Origin: Schmidtea nova
Taxonomy: Eukaryota
Length of the DNA: 55,541 nucleotides
Assembly (NCBI GenBank): GCA_044892505.1
Contig: CM097882.1
Coordinates: forward strand, 297,228,001-297,283,541
Reading direction: 5' to 3'
Every line of letters begins with the position of its first letter. The stretch's first letter is position 1. This document shows positions 25,136-36,963 of this stretch, in pieces. The notes under the pieces were generated by a model. It was not told the origin of the DNA. It searched no databases and saw only the letters and a list, made by a program, of their open reading frames with translations. The position numbers were made by a program, and so were the translations under genes.

Positions 25136-27738
25136 TTAATTATCAGTCACCCAACTAAATTCTCCACAAGGTAAAGGTTCACTTAAAACCCATCCGTAAA
25201 GATTATTTATATCGATATACAATAATTCTGTATTTTCATCGGTTTTAACGAAGTGTTTATTTACAAAAGTCAAACCTCCTCGAATTCCCCCTTCATAAAA
25301 GCTAAACATTTCATTTTCTGTTATTAATTCTATTGGTTCATCTAAAGTCATTAAAGAAGATGACCAAGACATGCCAGGAATACCGAAGTAATTCAATGGT
25401 TCTAATCTATTGTGAGCTATAGATTTGGTTCGAAATTGCTGAAAAAAATCAGCCAAAAGAAAGCAATCAAGTTTCAAGTAAGTCATCATATAATCTAAAA
25501 GAGTAACACAGTTTGTTTCAGTCCAAATCAGTTGTGCCTTTTCATATTCTTCTTTTGAATAACCTTTCCAGATTGGTGGTAACTCATAAGTATTTTCAAG
25601 TACTTCTAAACTTAAAGCAAAGATATATGAAAAAATACCCTTTTCAGAAACTATAGTTCCATTAAAAACCGAATTTGTCATAGGTAAAGATTTCAACGGT
25701 TTCACTGACTTTGCTAAAGAATCATTCACAAACTGGTATGAGTCTATAAATCTTTAACTAATCTTGCCAACATGAGCTATCAATAAAATAAATTTTTCAG
25801 TTGTAATAGGTATACAACCCAATGACCAATTCTTGAACTTATTTAATCCGTGTTTAAGAATATGGTGCATATCGTATCCTTTCAAGTTATGAAAAACTAT
25901 TGGTAAAGACTTATTGATTTTTCTATTAATGTTACACGTTTGACATGCTGCACCTAAATATTTCCCAGTGAAATGGTCGTGGTCTCTTACAGGATCCACG
26001 ATATTTCTCATGCAAAGGTAACAAGTGGTACCATTTTTAAATTGTTCCTCTTCAATTTCAGTCAATCTATTCATTGGTTTGTTTCCATTTTTATTGTAAT
26101 ATGGAAGAACTTTTAATAAAGCAATATCTTCAACCGCTTTTAAAAAATCATCTACACAATTTAGTCCAATAAATTGTTGGTAAGATTTTGTCCCATCAAA
26201 GTTATTTATAAATAAAAGCCCCGCAGAAATAGACAAGTGTTTCTGATAATATACATCATCCTTTGGTAAAATAGCTTCAAAGTCTGCATAAATAACGAAT
26301 GGTGAGTAACAGTTTTTGACCAATCTGTAAATTTTAGCATTTTATTTTCCCGGAAAGTGTATAATGTTGTTCCTTGTTGATTTTTTCTGAATAAAATCTC
26401 ATGTTTTTCCAACGATAATTTACTTGGGAAACCATTTAAACATCTACTGCACCATTCGCTTCTTATCCTAGTAGTACAATTAATGCTTTGGTGACAATTC
26501 ATTAAACGTTTTAAATTTATACTAGGTACATAATGATATTTTCCCCTTTATTTAATAACAATAAATTTATAGTTTTTCCTTCTATTACTTTTGACCAATG
26601 AATAATATCCAAATGAGGATGCTTTAAAATATAATCATCTTGCTCTTCATTAGTTTCATTATTATAACATAGTACATTTATGATCAATCCTGGATTCTTT
26701 GCCTCTAAAAATTCTGATACTATTTAATTTCATGGGCATGTCTGATATATCATATTTGAGCTCTGACAAAAAATTTGTATATTTTGATACTCTTTCTCTA
26801 TCTCTAGATATTAAATCATATTTTAATATAGCTAAAATGCTATATAAAAAACATAAATTATCCTTATTATCGATGTTTAATATACATCTCTTTCCTTTTA
26901 ATCCTTCAGGAGTTTTTATAATGCTTCTACCTGCTAACCTACTTATATTGGATATCTTAGTTACAACAAAACTTATTTCAGTAATACGAGGAAGTACCCA
27001 ACTGCTACCTAATTCCGCAAATGAAGTTATCTTTTCATTTAATTTTTTAATTCCCTCTTCGAAAAATGTCTGTCAGAGGTTTTGCACTATTGGAAATATT
27101 GTTTCTTTTAATTTCTCCATCTTTCTCAAATTCAACACAGATACCAAATTGTATCTTCACATAGCCTAGTTCAATAATTATTTCTATTAATTTATTAATT
27201 AATGATTGTGGAAAAATAATTTGCTTTATATTTAAATCACTAGTGGAAATTTTTAAAATCCTATGCGATCCGTTTAAATTACTTTCAATTACAGGGAGAG
27301 GTTCTATAACACTTCCTCCAGTTTGATAAAATCTAACGTTCCAAAAATCTTCAATCTCTTCCACCGTTTCAATTAAAATCTTGTTTTCATCCGCTTCGTC
27401 TGCTTCCATCGCTTCTAATAAAATCTTGTCTTTAATCTCTTCTTGTAAATTTTGTGATTTCTTGATTATTTCTATGTTCAATTTAATCTTTTTATTATTT
27501 ATAGGGTTTTGAGTCAAGTTTGGTCTTTTAAATAATTTTATTTTCTTAGACCTATATTCATTTAAATGATCCTTATGTTTAACGTAAAAATTTTTATATG
27601 TAAGGGGTTGGGAAGTTTGGCATACGGGACATATATAATAGCGAATTTTATAATAAGAGTGTCCATAATATTGCTCCATTGATCGATGACAATTATCGTT
27701 GTGGTCAGCTGAAAAGCAATAATTTGGGTATAAAGCAC
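25136..27738 (-). pseudogene. Maverick pPolB, N-terminal two thirds (copy C, diverged from B)
   Basis: LYPNYC..CH..YYICPVC..HKDHL, KIQFG..EFEKDGE, GSSW..GRSII, DNLCFLYSIL, KYHY, WCSRCL.GF, PFVIYADFE, RDHDHFTGKYLGAACQTCN, IVFHNLKGYD, KGIF, GIRGG, YIDINNLYG; ends at PCGEFSWVTDN. Confidence 0.92.
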
Positions 27739-27764
27739 CTATGAATTTAAAGTAATGTTAAAAG

Positions 27765-27848
27765 AAATAATAATAATAATAATATTAATAAAATAATAAT
27801 AATAATATTAATAATAATAATAATAATATTAATAATAATAATAATATT
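27765..27848. repeat. (AAT)n microsatellite
   Basis: Direct reading. Confidence 0.9.
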
Positions 27849-28330
27849 ATCAAATTATATATTTACAAATATTTTACTATATTTATTTACTAAATTAATT
27901 AAAAGTTAATCAAATTAATTAAAATTAATCAATACCTACATTGAATATTTATCGATGCATTAGGTATGATTCCATCAATCATAATATTTTCGTCACTAAC
28001 AATCTTTATTTCGACGTGATTTTGATCATTCATATTTACATCATCTAAAGTAAAATCTAAATAATATACTAAGTTAAAGATTAAAGACCATTTTCTTCCA
28101 CATTTTCTAAAATCGATTTCCCAATTGAATTATTAATATTAATATTACCTAAATTAATACTGAATGATAATAAATTTAAAAAATAAATTTACCATTTTCT
28201 TTGTCACTTGGCTTCTCGTTCATAAAACTTGTTATAGTGTTCATTTTAGATGTTTAATATTTGTTAAAGTGAATAATGAATGTAAGATTATTGCTTATAT
28301 ATCAAAGTTATTACACACATAACCTTTGAC

Positions 28331-28827
28331 TAGGGCTGGTAACGATCAATGTAATTTTAATAGTTAACTTTTATAAAAATAACGATTAATTAATAGTCAA
28401 TTTCGATTAAAAAATACCTGTAGTTAAAATTATGATCAAGTTTATTTAACAAAACAGCACAAACTTTTCTCATTCAAACGTCGTCTTTGAAGGTGGTAAG
28501 TAAGAGAAGTGTTTGAACCATGATACGCGAATTGTTTATCGCAATGTATGCAAGAAATGTAATCAACATTTTCTATCTTTCGTTCGTTCGACAACTTAAA
28601 CCCAAAATGCTCATGTAATCGCCCAGTTATAGATTTATATTTAGCATCTTTACTGATATTGGTCGTCAGATTACATTGTTTAGCGTCACCATTGTCTCCT
28701 GGATTCCTGTACATTTGTTAATGATGGGTAAACTGAAAATTGAAATGCGATTAATTGTTAAAAATAATTTAATCGTTAATTTTTTAACGATTAATCGATT
28801 AATTAATCGATAATAACCGCAGCCCTA
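28331..28827 (-). mobile_element. Internally deleted hAT transposon (497 bp) with BED zinc-finger remnant
   Basis: Termini TAGGGCTG...CAGCCCTA and a perfect 8-bp TSD CCTTTGAC (28323-28330 and 28828-28835). The internal ORF has CIHCDKQFAYHGSNTSLTYHLQ (BED finger). Confidence 0.93.
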
Positions 28828-28833
28828 CCTTTG

Positions 28834-28950
28834 ACCAATAAAAATCGAGTAAGGGATAAGAAATTTTTATTATCAACCAATCAGAATTGAGTAAGAGGTA
28901 GGAAATTTATTCTTATTAGCCAATCAGAATCGAGTAAAAGGCAGTAAAGG
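28834..28950 (-). promoter_or_regulatory. Three ~45-bp repeats with CCAAT motifs upstream of PolB copy C
   Basis: ccaat(a/c)a.aat(c/t)gagtaa.gg at ~28835, ~28877 and ~28920. A related sequence lies at 14945-14975 at the equivalent position and orientation upstream of copy B. Confidence 0.4.
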
Positions 28951-29457
28951 TATTATTATTATTATCAAATCAAGTTCAAGAAAATGATAGATAATTATGA
29001 CTAAATATATATTACGTTGCAATATTTTTAAAAACTAAATAATTTTTTAAAACAAGATTTGACGCTATTATTTATTTAAAATCATAATATTTCAACAAAT
29101 TGTAATTTACATCAAATTTATAAAATATTTCAATGAATTGCATACATGTCATATGATTAAAATATATTAGACTAAATATTTCAGTGAATTACATCTAAAT
29201 TATATTACATTTCAATAATTACGTCAGTTATAAAAATTATTTTAATTAATTTTGATAAAATACATTAGAATTGTCAATAACAAAAAATTGCAAATTGTGT
29301 TTGCAAATTGTGTTGTGTTCGGACTTAAAAATCTAGAGTACCAATCATTTTTTAACAATCGTGTTATTGAAATCACTGGATTGGTTGAACGCTGATTGGC
29401 TCAAATTTATATATAAATATCTATATTGAAAGTTATTTTATCATTATATTTTTAAAA

Positions 29458-29822
29458 ATGGAACTGTTCGATAAAATGGTAAATTTATCTTTATACTTAT
29501 TTCTTTATTATTATTATCATTTTTAGAATTGTCTTTGGAGATAGTAATGAATAAAATGAACGAACTATTCCCGCAACTCAAAATTGCAATGACCTACTCC
29601 GCTCTGGGGCTATTGGCCTATAATCTCATAGGCCATACAGGAATCAATATTTTTCAAATCATTAAAGATCATTGGACCAATCCAGATGAAGAGATACCAA
29701 ATGTGGCAAAGTCATATAAATGCCCATACAAATGCGGAGCCTGTGAAGAAAGGATGACAAAATATTTAATTTGGGTTCTGAGAAACGAACTCCAAACCTA
29801 TGATTTTTCAATATATAAATAA
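29458..29822 (+). pseudogene. Duplicate of the small two-exon gene, exon 1 frameshifted
   Basis: Same sequence as 22519..22884 but AAAATG instead of AAAAATG in exon 1, which gives a premature stop after splicing. Confidence 0.6.
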
Positions 29823-30211
29823 ATGTTTTCATTATGTTTTTTTCTTTTATAGATGACTTTTAAATAATAATAATAATTAAAAAAGAAAGAAAACACACTA
29901 AATAATCTATAACAATACACTTGAATGATTAACAAAGACACATGCACTAGTAATGCATGATTAACAAAGACACATGCACTAATAGTACATGATTAACAAA
30001 GACATATACAATAATAATGCATGCATTTATAATGAATGACATGTGATTCATTATTATTATTATTATTATCTACAATCAATATTTGTGGCCCTGAAGAGGA
30101 CCGTTTGTGCGTTATCATTGACTGAATTTGTTGAATTGATTGTAGGGCAATCATTAGTTTCTGATATAATGACAATCAAAATTTCGGCTTATATGCTTAA
30201 AATAATATTAA

Positions 30212-31633
30212 CACTAGATTTACGGAACCCGTCAATTTGACGGGTTTCGTAAATCTAGTGTTAATAACTCAGAAACCATAAATACTTTGTATTAGAAATA
30301 TATATTGATTATAAAATATTTACTAACACGTGTATTTATGTGTATTTGTTTTCTTGCAAGGTCCTCTAATTTCGAGTATCTGTATGTAATATACCTATTT
30401 TTCCGAAAACCCGTCAAATTGACGGGTTTATTTTACCAGCAGACATTTGTTCTAAAAGTACTGTTTTCTTCTCGTTGCTTTCTCCAACTACTTTATAAGT
30501 GAAGATAGTAACAGCTTTAGCGTGTCAGGACAGGATCTTGCATGCCCATTTACGTAGTTGATTGTTATAAGTAGTAATTAGTATAAGTAGTAATTGTGAA
30601 AGCTTGTTTCTTTGTCTACACTTCATTTCAATTTTATTTCATCAACGATTATTTGATTTCTAAAGGTGTTTGAAAATATAAGGATAAAAACGGTTTGTGT
30701 CATATTTATTTTTATTTTGACTAGGGCAATTATGAAAAAATCTCGGAAAGAAGTTGAAATGTTGCACAAATAAAGAGTTATCTGACACCAAATCAGATTT
30801 TGATGCAGTTGGTGCAGTTTTATAGGAAATCAGTGAAGAAATTGTAGATGAAACCATGAAGATTGATCTTTCCGACTCTGTAGATGAAAACTTTATTAAC
30901 ATGCGTCGCTGCTGAAAAAGCATTCGTATAAATTCGGCCTCTGAAAACGAAAGTAACATGGAAATTGTTGATACACAGGATAATGCTGAATCCAATTCGA
31001 ACGAAAATTCTATTGATGGAGAATGGCAAATACTAAAGGAAGGTGGAGGTAAAGGCAGACCACAAGCTCATACCATATTCAAAGATGTACCAGGTGCAAC
31101 TGCGTATGCTAAAAGAAATATTATGCTTGGAAATTTATGAAGCGCATTTCAACTGATCGTTGATGAAAGTACGATAAAACATATCAAAAGTTGTACTGAA
31201 GCAGAGGCACGTAGAGTTTTGGGAAAGGAATGGACAATTACGAAATCAGGATTGTATGCTTTTCTATCAATTCTGTATGCCTGAGGAGCATATGAGGCAA
31301 AATCGTTGAAGGCATCATATTTATGGTCGAAGAAATGGGCCCCAAATTCTTCTCCGAAACAATGCTCATGGACAAATTTATCGAAATCTTGCTATTGATA
31401 CGATTTGGACAAAATGTAACCACGGACAATTTTTTAACGAGCCTTTCACTTGCAAAAAAATTACTTGCGAAAAACACAACTCTCGTTGGGACTATACGTT
31501 CAAATAAAAGAGAATTACCAACAGCCGCAAAAGCTAAGAAATAAAATATGTCGACATTTTCTTCGCGACTTTATAAATTGGAAAGCTGTGTTCTCACAGT
31601 TTACAAGAGCAAACCAAAGAAGGTACTTTTACT
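30212..31633 (+). mobile_element. piggyBac transposon, duplicated copy with internal deletion
   Basis: TTAA-CACTAGATTTAC end at ~30208-30212. Transposase MEIVDTQ.. from 30958; ~340 bp are deleted between IRF and NVTTDNF. Confidence 0.9.
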
Positions 31634-32121
31634 TCTCCGTTGTTACAAAATCTGAGATTTATACTCTTCTTTAAATTCTCAACGGTTTTTCGGTAAATCA
31701 GATGGGCACATATTTTCAGCTGCAACTGGAAAATCGTCTAATAAATCTTGAATGTTGTTAGGAATCACCAAGTCCACTTCCAAGGTATGTTCATATGATA
31801 AAGATTCCAGTGTTGAAGTAATGCAGTCAATAATAATTCGACTTCATTATAAATTCACTCAAAATCCTTACAAGGCAAGTTTAGGCTAAGTGCTCATCCA
31901 TATAAGTTATTTATATCGATATAAAGCAACTCTATTTCATCATTTGTTACTGCGTGGTGTTTATTTACAAATATGAGACCACCACAAACCCCGCCCTTGA
32001 AGAAATTGTACATCTCCATATCAGTTATTAATTCCACTGGTTCTTTTAAAGTCATAAGAGCAGATGCCCAAGACATTCCATGTATTCCAAAAAAGTTAAG
32101 TGGCTCCAGTCCATTATGTGC
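31634..32121 (-). pseudogene. pPolB motif A region, duplicate of copy B segment
   Basis: AHNGLEPLNFFGI.GMSWASALMTLKEPVELITDMEMYNFFKGGVCGGLIFVNKHHAV..LLYIDINNLYG. Confidence 0.9.
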
Positions 32122-32777
32122 TTGGCGGGAGGGGGGTAGTTCTTTGTTCTTTTTTTCACGTCCACGCCACCCCCGCAATGTCTTTGTTCCCAGCTCCACA
32201 CATCTACCTTCTAAATAAAAATGAAGTTCTTTGTTAAACTCACAGAAAAACTTTCAAAAGTTCTTTGTCTAAGGGTGTATGTCTTTGTTTCGACATAGAA
32301 ATACTTTCAAAATATTTTATGAATCATACATGGGTGTATGCACTTGCTAACATTCATGTGTCTTTGTTCAAACGGACTTAGAAAGATTTTCAAAAAAGTT
32401 GTTTTTATGAGTCATGTATCATGCAGATGGCCGACATCAAAAATAATAAAATTTAGGAAATTATTGTAATTAATTATTTCGAAATTAACAAAAGAATAGA
32501 AAGAAATAAAGAATTAATTAATATATTTTAGGGAAAATTATTCGAATTTGACTTTGCTTCTCTAGAGGCTTCATTAATAATAAATGAATTTTACACCCGC
32601 ACTGATTATTTTTACAGTATAAAATTTTAAACAATTTTGTACAAATTTTTCAAGATTGTTTATTTTAGACAAAAATGCAGAACAAATTATAATTTTTTTA
32701 ACAAGCAGATTAAAAATTGAAAAAATACTTATTATTCATTTAAAAATAGAGAAATATTAATATTTTTATTAAACATT

Positions 32778-33610
32778 TTAATAATGTCTGTAATCGGGTT
32801 TCAATTCCCACATATGTCTTTTTGAGGGATTCGTTCCCAGTTGGCAATATTCCTTCAATATTTCTTTGACATATGGCGCCGGCTGCTTTACCGCGTCCAC
32901 GATGTCTTTGATATTATAATATTGGTGTTTCTCAAAAAGCGAGCAGATTAAAGCAACTAATTCTTTCTTTTCCAATCGAATGGCCCGATTCTCTCCAATG
33001 TAGTTTTTCTTTTTCTAAAAGATGTAATTTAAAATTATTTTTATTCATTTATCATAATTACCGAAAATGCGGGTTTTGATTTGGGTTGAAACTCCTGAAA
33101 TTCATCGTCTTCCAGGCGACGCATCGTAGTCTTAGGCGTATTAGCCTTTCTAAATTGGCTTTTCTTCATAGACAAATAAGATTCGCTCACTATAGGGGTC
33201 ACATTGAATCTTACTGCAATTTTACCAATGAAAGACTTATTCGTCAAAATTGGGTTCGTTAATTTATTATATTTATCAATGATTTTCTTAGACCGCAGAA
33301 CAACTGCTTTGCTATTTCTGGCTCCAACCGATAGAGACTTATTGTCTTTTTTACTTTGTTTATCTGTACAGAATACTTCTTTCTTTTCGAACTTGTAAAC
33401 AATTGGAATTGTATCGTCTTGAATAATTTCAGGATTACATATTAAATTATATTCATTAGGTCCAATTTCAACAATTTTCGCAACCTTGGAGTGTGAGCCT
33501 GAGTTGACCCATGCACTTGCTATGTAAGTAGGCACTCTAACCAGCCAGATTTTATCTAAACATTGCGAAGTATCAACTTGGTAAATTGCGTCTTCCTGAT
33601 GAACATTCAT
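32778..33610 (-). CDS. GTF2F2: General transcription factor IIF subunit 2 (RAP30, TFIIF beta), two exons
   Basis: N-terminus IWLVRVPTYIASAW. A 47-nt GT..AG intron at 33061-33015 (phase 0) joins PAFS to KKKNYIGENRAIRLEKKELVALICSLFEKHQYYNIKDIV..KQP..YVKEILKE..WELKPDYRHY*, the conserved RAP30 winged-helix end. Confidence 0.93.
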
Positions 33611-35019
33611 TGCTTGTTGAAAGATTTCTTGAAAATAAATATATTATTATAGTTAATTAAACAAATTTTCTCATATTTTTATACAGATTTCTTATTAGTT
33701 TTAGCCGATTGCAGATTATGACATTGAAATTTTTAATTATTATAATTTTATTTTTTTACCTTTTTTTTGTTCAGATAAAATTATTAAAATTTTTATAATA
33801 TGAGTAAAATTTGTTATTAATATTGTAATGTTTTTTAAAGTCTAGGAACGCAAAAAGTTGAATTTTTAATACTTTTTTAAAAATTTTTAATTTTACGCTT
33901 CTTACACAAAATTTGAACAGTGGGAAAACATTAAAAAGTGATTCTCATATTTTATAGTTGATACACAAAATAATTTTTATAAATCTGTTGATTTCTTTTA
34001 GTAATGGTGTACAGTTACAAAATAATTCTTTTTTTTTGAAAATCATTTTAAACTATCAAATAAAATACTGCATATTTTAATAAAATTATTTATTTTGTTT
34101 TTATAAAGCATTAAAAAAATAAAATTATATTAAATTTTTAATAAATTACTTTTTAAATAAATATTTTACTCTTGGTTTTTATATTAAAATATTAAATTTT
34201 TACTGATTTCAGTAAATTTTGCATAAATTGAGTTGATTATAATATGATTAAATTAACAATTACATAATTTTTATGTATCTACAAAAATCTTTTAAATTTA
34301 AATTTATTTCCAATATTTAAAATTATAAATAATTTTTGAGTAAAAAATGAGACTTTCTTCATATCAGCATAAATTTAATGTTAATAATTAATAAATGACA
34401 AAAAAAGGTCTTTACTGATAAAATTCACCTAATAAACAATTTTCAGTATTGAATCCAATTCCGAGATCCCTTTACAATCACGGATTTTAAAACTGAAATT
34501 TCTTAGTCCTGAGATTTTTGATACTGATACTAGAACCAAAAGTTTTCTTTATTTGACAAAAATATATACAATTCAACAAATACCTTTTTAGTTACAAGTG
34601 TTGGTATCATAGCTGAATCTATTTTTACTGTAACAATATAATTATTGTTTAACCAGTAGTTATCTTTCGCAAACAACGTTGATAATGTAATGGTCGAAAT
34701 ACTCGAAAAAGTGACCGTTGTTTCCAGAACTATAATTGACCAAGTAATTCTATAGGTTTAAGAGCTTTCGATAGAAGATATGTGCTCATTTCGATGTTCT
34801 GTCCTTTTTGTTAAAAACGTTTTATCTTTTTATTGCTAATTCATAATCCTTGCTTTTACCCGAGCGATAATAAATATATTTGCTAAGAGATATACCGAAC
34901 TAAATGTTAATCTATTCAGATGATTAATTTGTACCTTTGCTGATATAAAATTTTCTTTCTTTCTACAACGACTTTATCATACTTTAAGCACTCGCTATCC
35001 TGTCTGTTAAATCGCGACA

Positions 35020-35411
35020 GAGCGATCCTACAGCATGACAAGACCCCAATTCATAGATCACGAAGGATGAAGCAGAAAATTCAAGAGCTATAAGGCATCA
35101 AAGTCATCCCCCACACAGTGTATTCCCTGGACCTTAACCTTTCTGATTATCATTTGTTTCGGTTTCTTACACACTTTCTACAAGGGAGAGGTTTTAGATC
35201 AGAGTTATAGGTCAAAACTGGAATCGCCGAATTTTTTTCCTTAGTAACCTGAGTGGTATCGTCATGGGATGGAGCAGTTGGCAGAAAGATGGCTTCGAGT
35301 CATTGAAAATGATAAACTGCATTTTGAGGAATAATACAATCAGCATTATAAAAGTTTGTGTAAATAAAATATTTGCATAAAACCGTGAATCACCTTTGAC
35401 TCAACCTGATA
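35020..35411 (+). mobile_element. mariner transposon 3' remnant
   Basis: LQHD(K)..H..KQKIQEL..PH..YS.DL..SDYHLFR.L.HFL.G..EWY..G..QL.ERW..VI. It ends in a 3' TIR ccgtgaatcacctttgactcaacctga plus TA. Confidence 0.85.
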
Positions 35412-35928
35412 AAACAAATACTAAAAATAAAAATATAAATTAAAACATACATTTTAAATTAATTTTGCTTAGCTATAATGTGAAAAAGTTTCCAAAAATA
35501 AATTTAAATGCTTTTCTATAGAGAATTTACTAAATGACATTTTTTCCAGTTTAAACAGTTAAGTTTTATGAAAAAATAAAAATCCCTTTTAAAAATAATA
35601 AACAGCTTAAAAAATTAAAAATTAAAGAATCACTATTTTAAAAATATTGCTAATGCCTAAGATTCCTTATTTAGATTAAAAGCCACAGAGTTTAACAATA
35701 CCACGGTTAGTTACATAAATTCTTCTACAAAACTTTGTTTTAATTGGTGGAAAAATCTCTAAATTCAAGCCCAATTTAATGTCGCTTTCAAATAGTAAGT
35801 AGGCAAATCTAAATATTTTTCTACTTCGTAAAAAAATTATTCTTTATTGAAATAGAAATGAAACGATTTGCCGATGTCCTCAACAGTTGTCAATTGTAAA
35901 GTAAATTAAAATTTTATTCAATTGAAAA

Positions 35929-36963
35929 ATGATGCATTTGTTAAATTCGAGTCTAAATAAATCCACCGACAGTCTCATCATTCCAATGATGATAAAAATC
36001 CAGAACCGAGTGATCAAAAACTATTTAATCCCCCTCATGAGTGTCATCAGTATAACGGTTATTGTAATAACCTTATTAATAATACACAAAAGAAACCTTT
36101 GGATTTCGACACGGATTTATATAACAGCTCTCGGTGTTGTCGACATTCTCGGTTTGGTCATCCTTACAATTGCAAGTCTTGATTATTTCGTTCTGAATTA
36201 TACAATTGACATGCCTATTTTCTATCGAATTTATCAGTACATTTTCATCCTGTTCGAAGCTGTGCTACTGTTAAGTAATTGGCTAACGACGATTTTGGGA
36301 ATCGAAAGATATTTGGTGGTCTCTTATCCGTTTTTGACAAAACGAATCACCAATTCCCACCGGAAGTTGATTACGCTCTTTTGTTTTATTGGAACAGTTT
36401 TGGTTAAAATTCCTAGCCTGATTCTACTAATCAACTATGAATCAATTGTGAATAACGATTTCCAACAGCACAATCAAGAAATTGAAATGAGTCTTCACAA
36501 GTTCGAACTCTGGCAATCGTGGATCGTTGATTTCTGTTTGTTTCTGATTGTTCCGTTCTGTGTATTAATATTTGTCAACGGCCGCTTGATTTTAACCATT
36601 CGTCGATCCAGCCGATTCATGAGACAATATTGCGCCAATCGACAGAGGAAAATTGAGAACGAAGAAAGAAAGATCACCTGTATAATGGTTTGCGTAATAA
36701 TGGCTTTCTTCATTTGCCAAGGACCCTTTATCACTTACACAGCCTTGTCGAATGTCCACCTGTTTCATCAAGACTACAAAAATAGCCAGTCAATGCTCCA
36801 GGAACTTTCGATATTAATTCTTTCAATGAAAAGCGATTTCAGTTTCATTCTTCACTGTTGGGTGTGCGACAAATTCGGAGCGGCTTTAAAGCGCATGTTT
36901 TGCAATATCAATTCTGAGAGAGAGAACACGATCAACTATTCAATGCATATCGCGTCGAAATAG
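35929..36963 (+). CDS. Intronless class A (rhodopsin-like) peptide-type GPCR, 344 aa
   Basis: Seven hydrophobic segments; N-terminal N-glycosylation sites; TM2 ALGVVD; TM3 SNWLT..IERY..V.YP; TM5 ..VPF..LIFVN..LI; TM6 AFFICQGP; basic third loop. Confidence 0.92.
   Translation: MMHLLNSSLNKSTDSLIIPMMIKIQNRVIKNYLIPLMSVISITVIVITLLIIHKRNLWISTRIYITALGVVDILGLVILTIASLDYFVLNYTIDMPIFYRIYQYIFILFEAVLLLSNWLTTILGIERYLVVSYPFLTKRITNSHRKLITLFCFIGTVLVKIPSLILLINYESIVNNDFQQHNQEIEMSLHKFELWQSWIVDFCLFLIVPFCVLIFVNGRLILTIRRSSRFMRQYCANRQRKIENEERKITCIMVCVIMAFFICQGPFITYTALSNVHLFHQDYKNSQSMLQELSILILSMKSDFSFILHCWVCDKFGAALKRMFCNINSERENTINYSMHIASK

Larger units (their letters stand above)
29311..32121. repeat. Right arm of inverted segmental duplication (partner 18826-23031)
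   Basis: 29311-31633 is the near-identical reverse complement of 20368-23031 (minus ~340 bp). 31634-32121 is the reverse complement of 18826-19252. Confidence 0.95.

Noticed and set aside
26699-27169. 156-aa plus-strand ORF
   Set aside because: Antisense shadow of PolB copy C.
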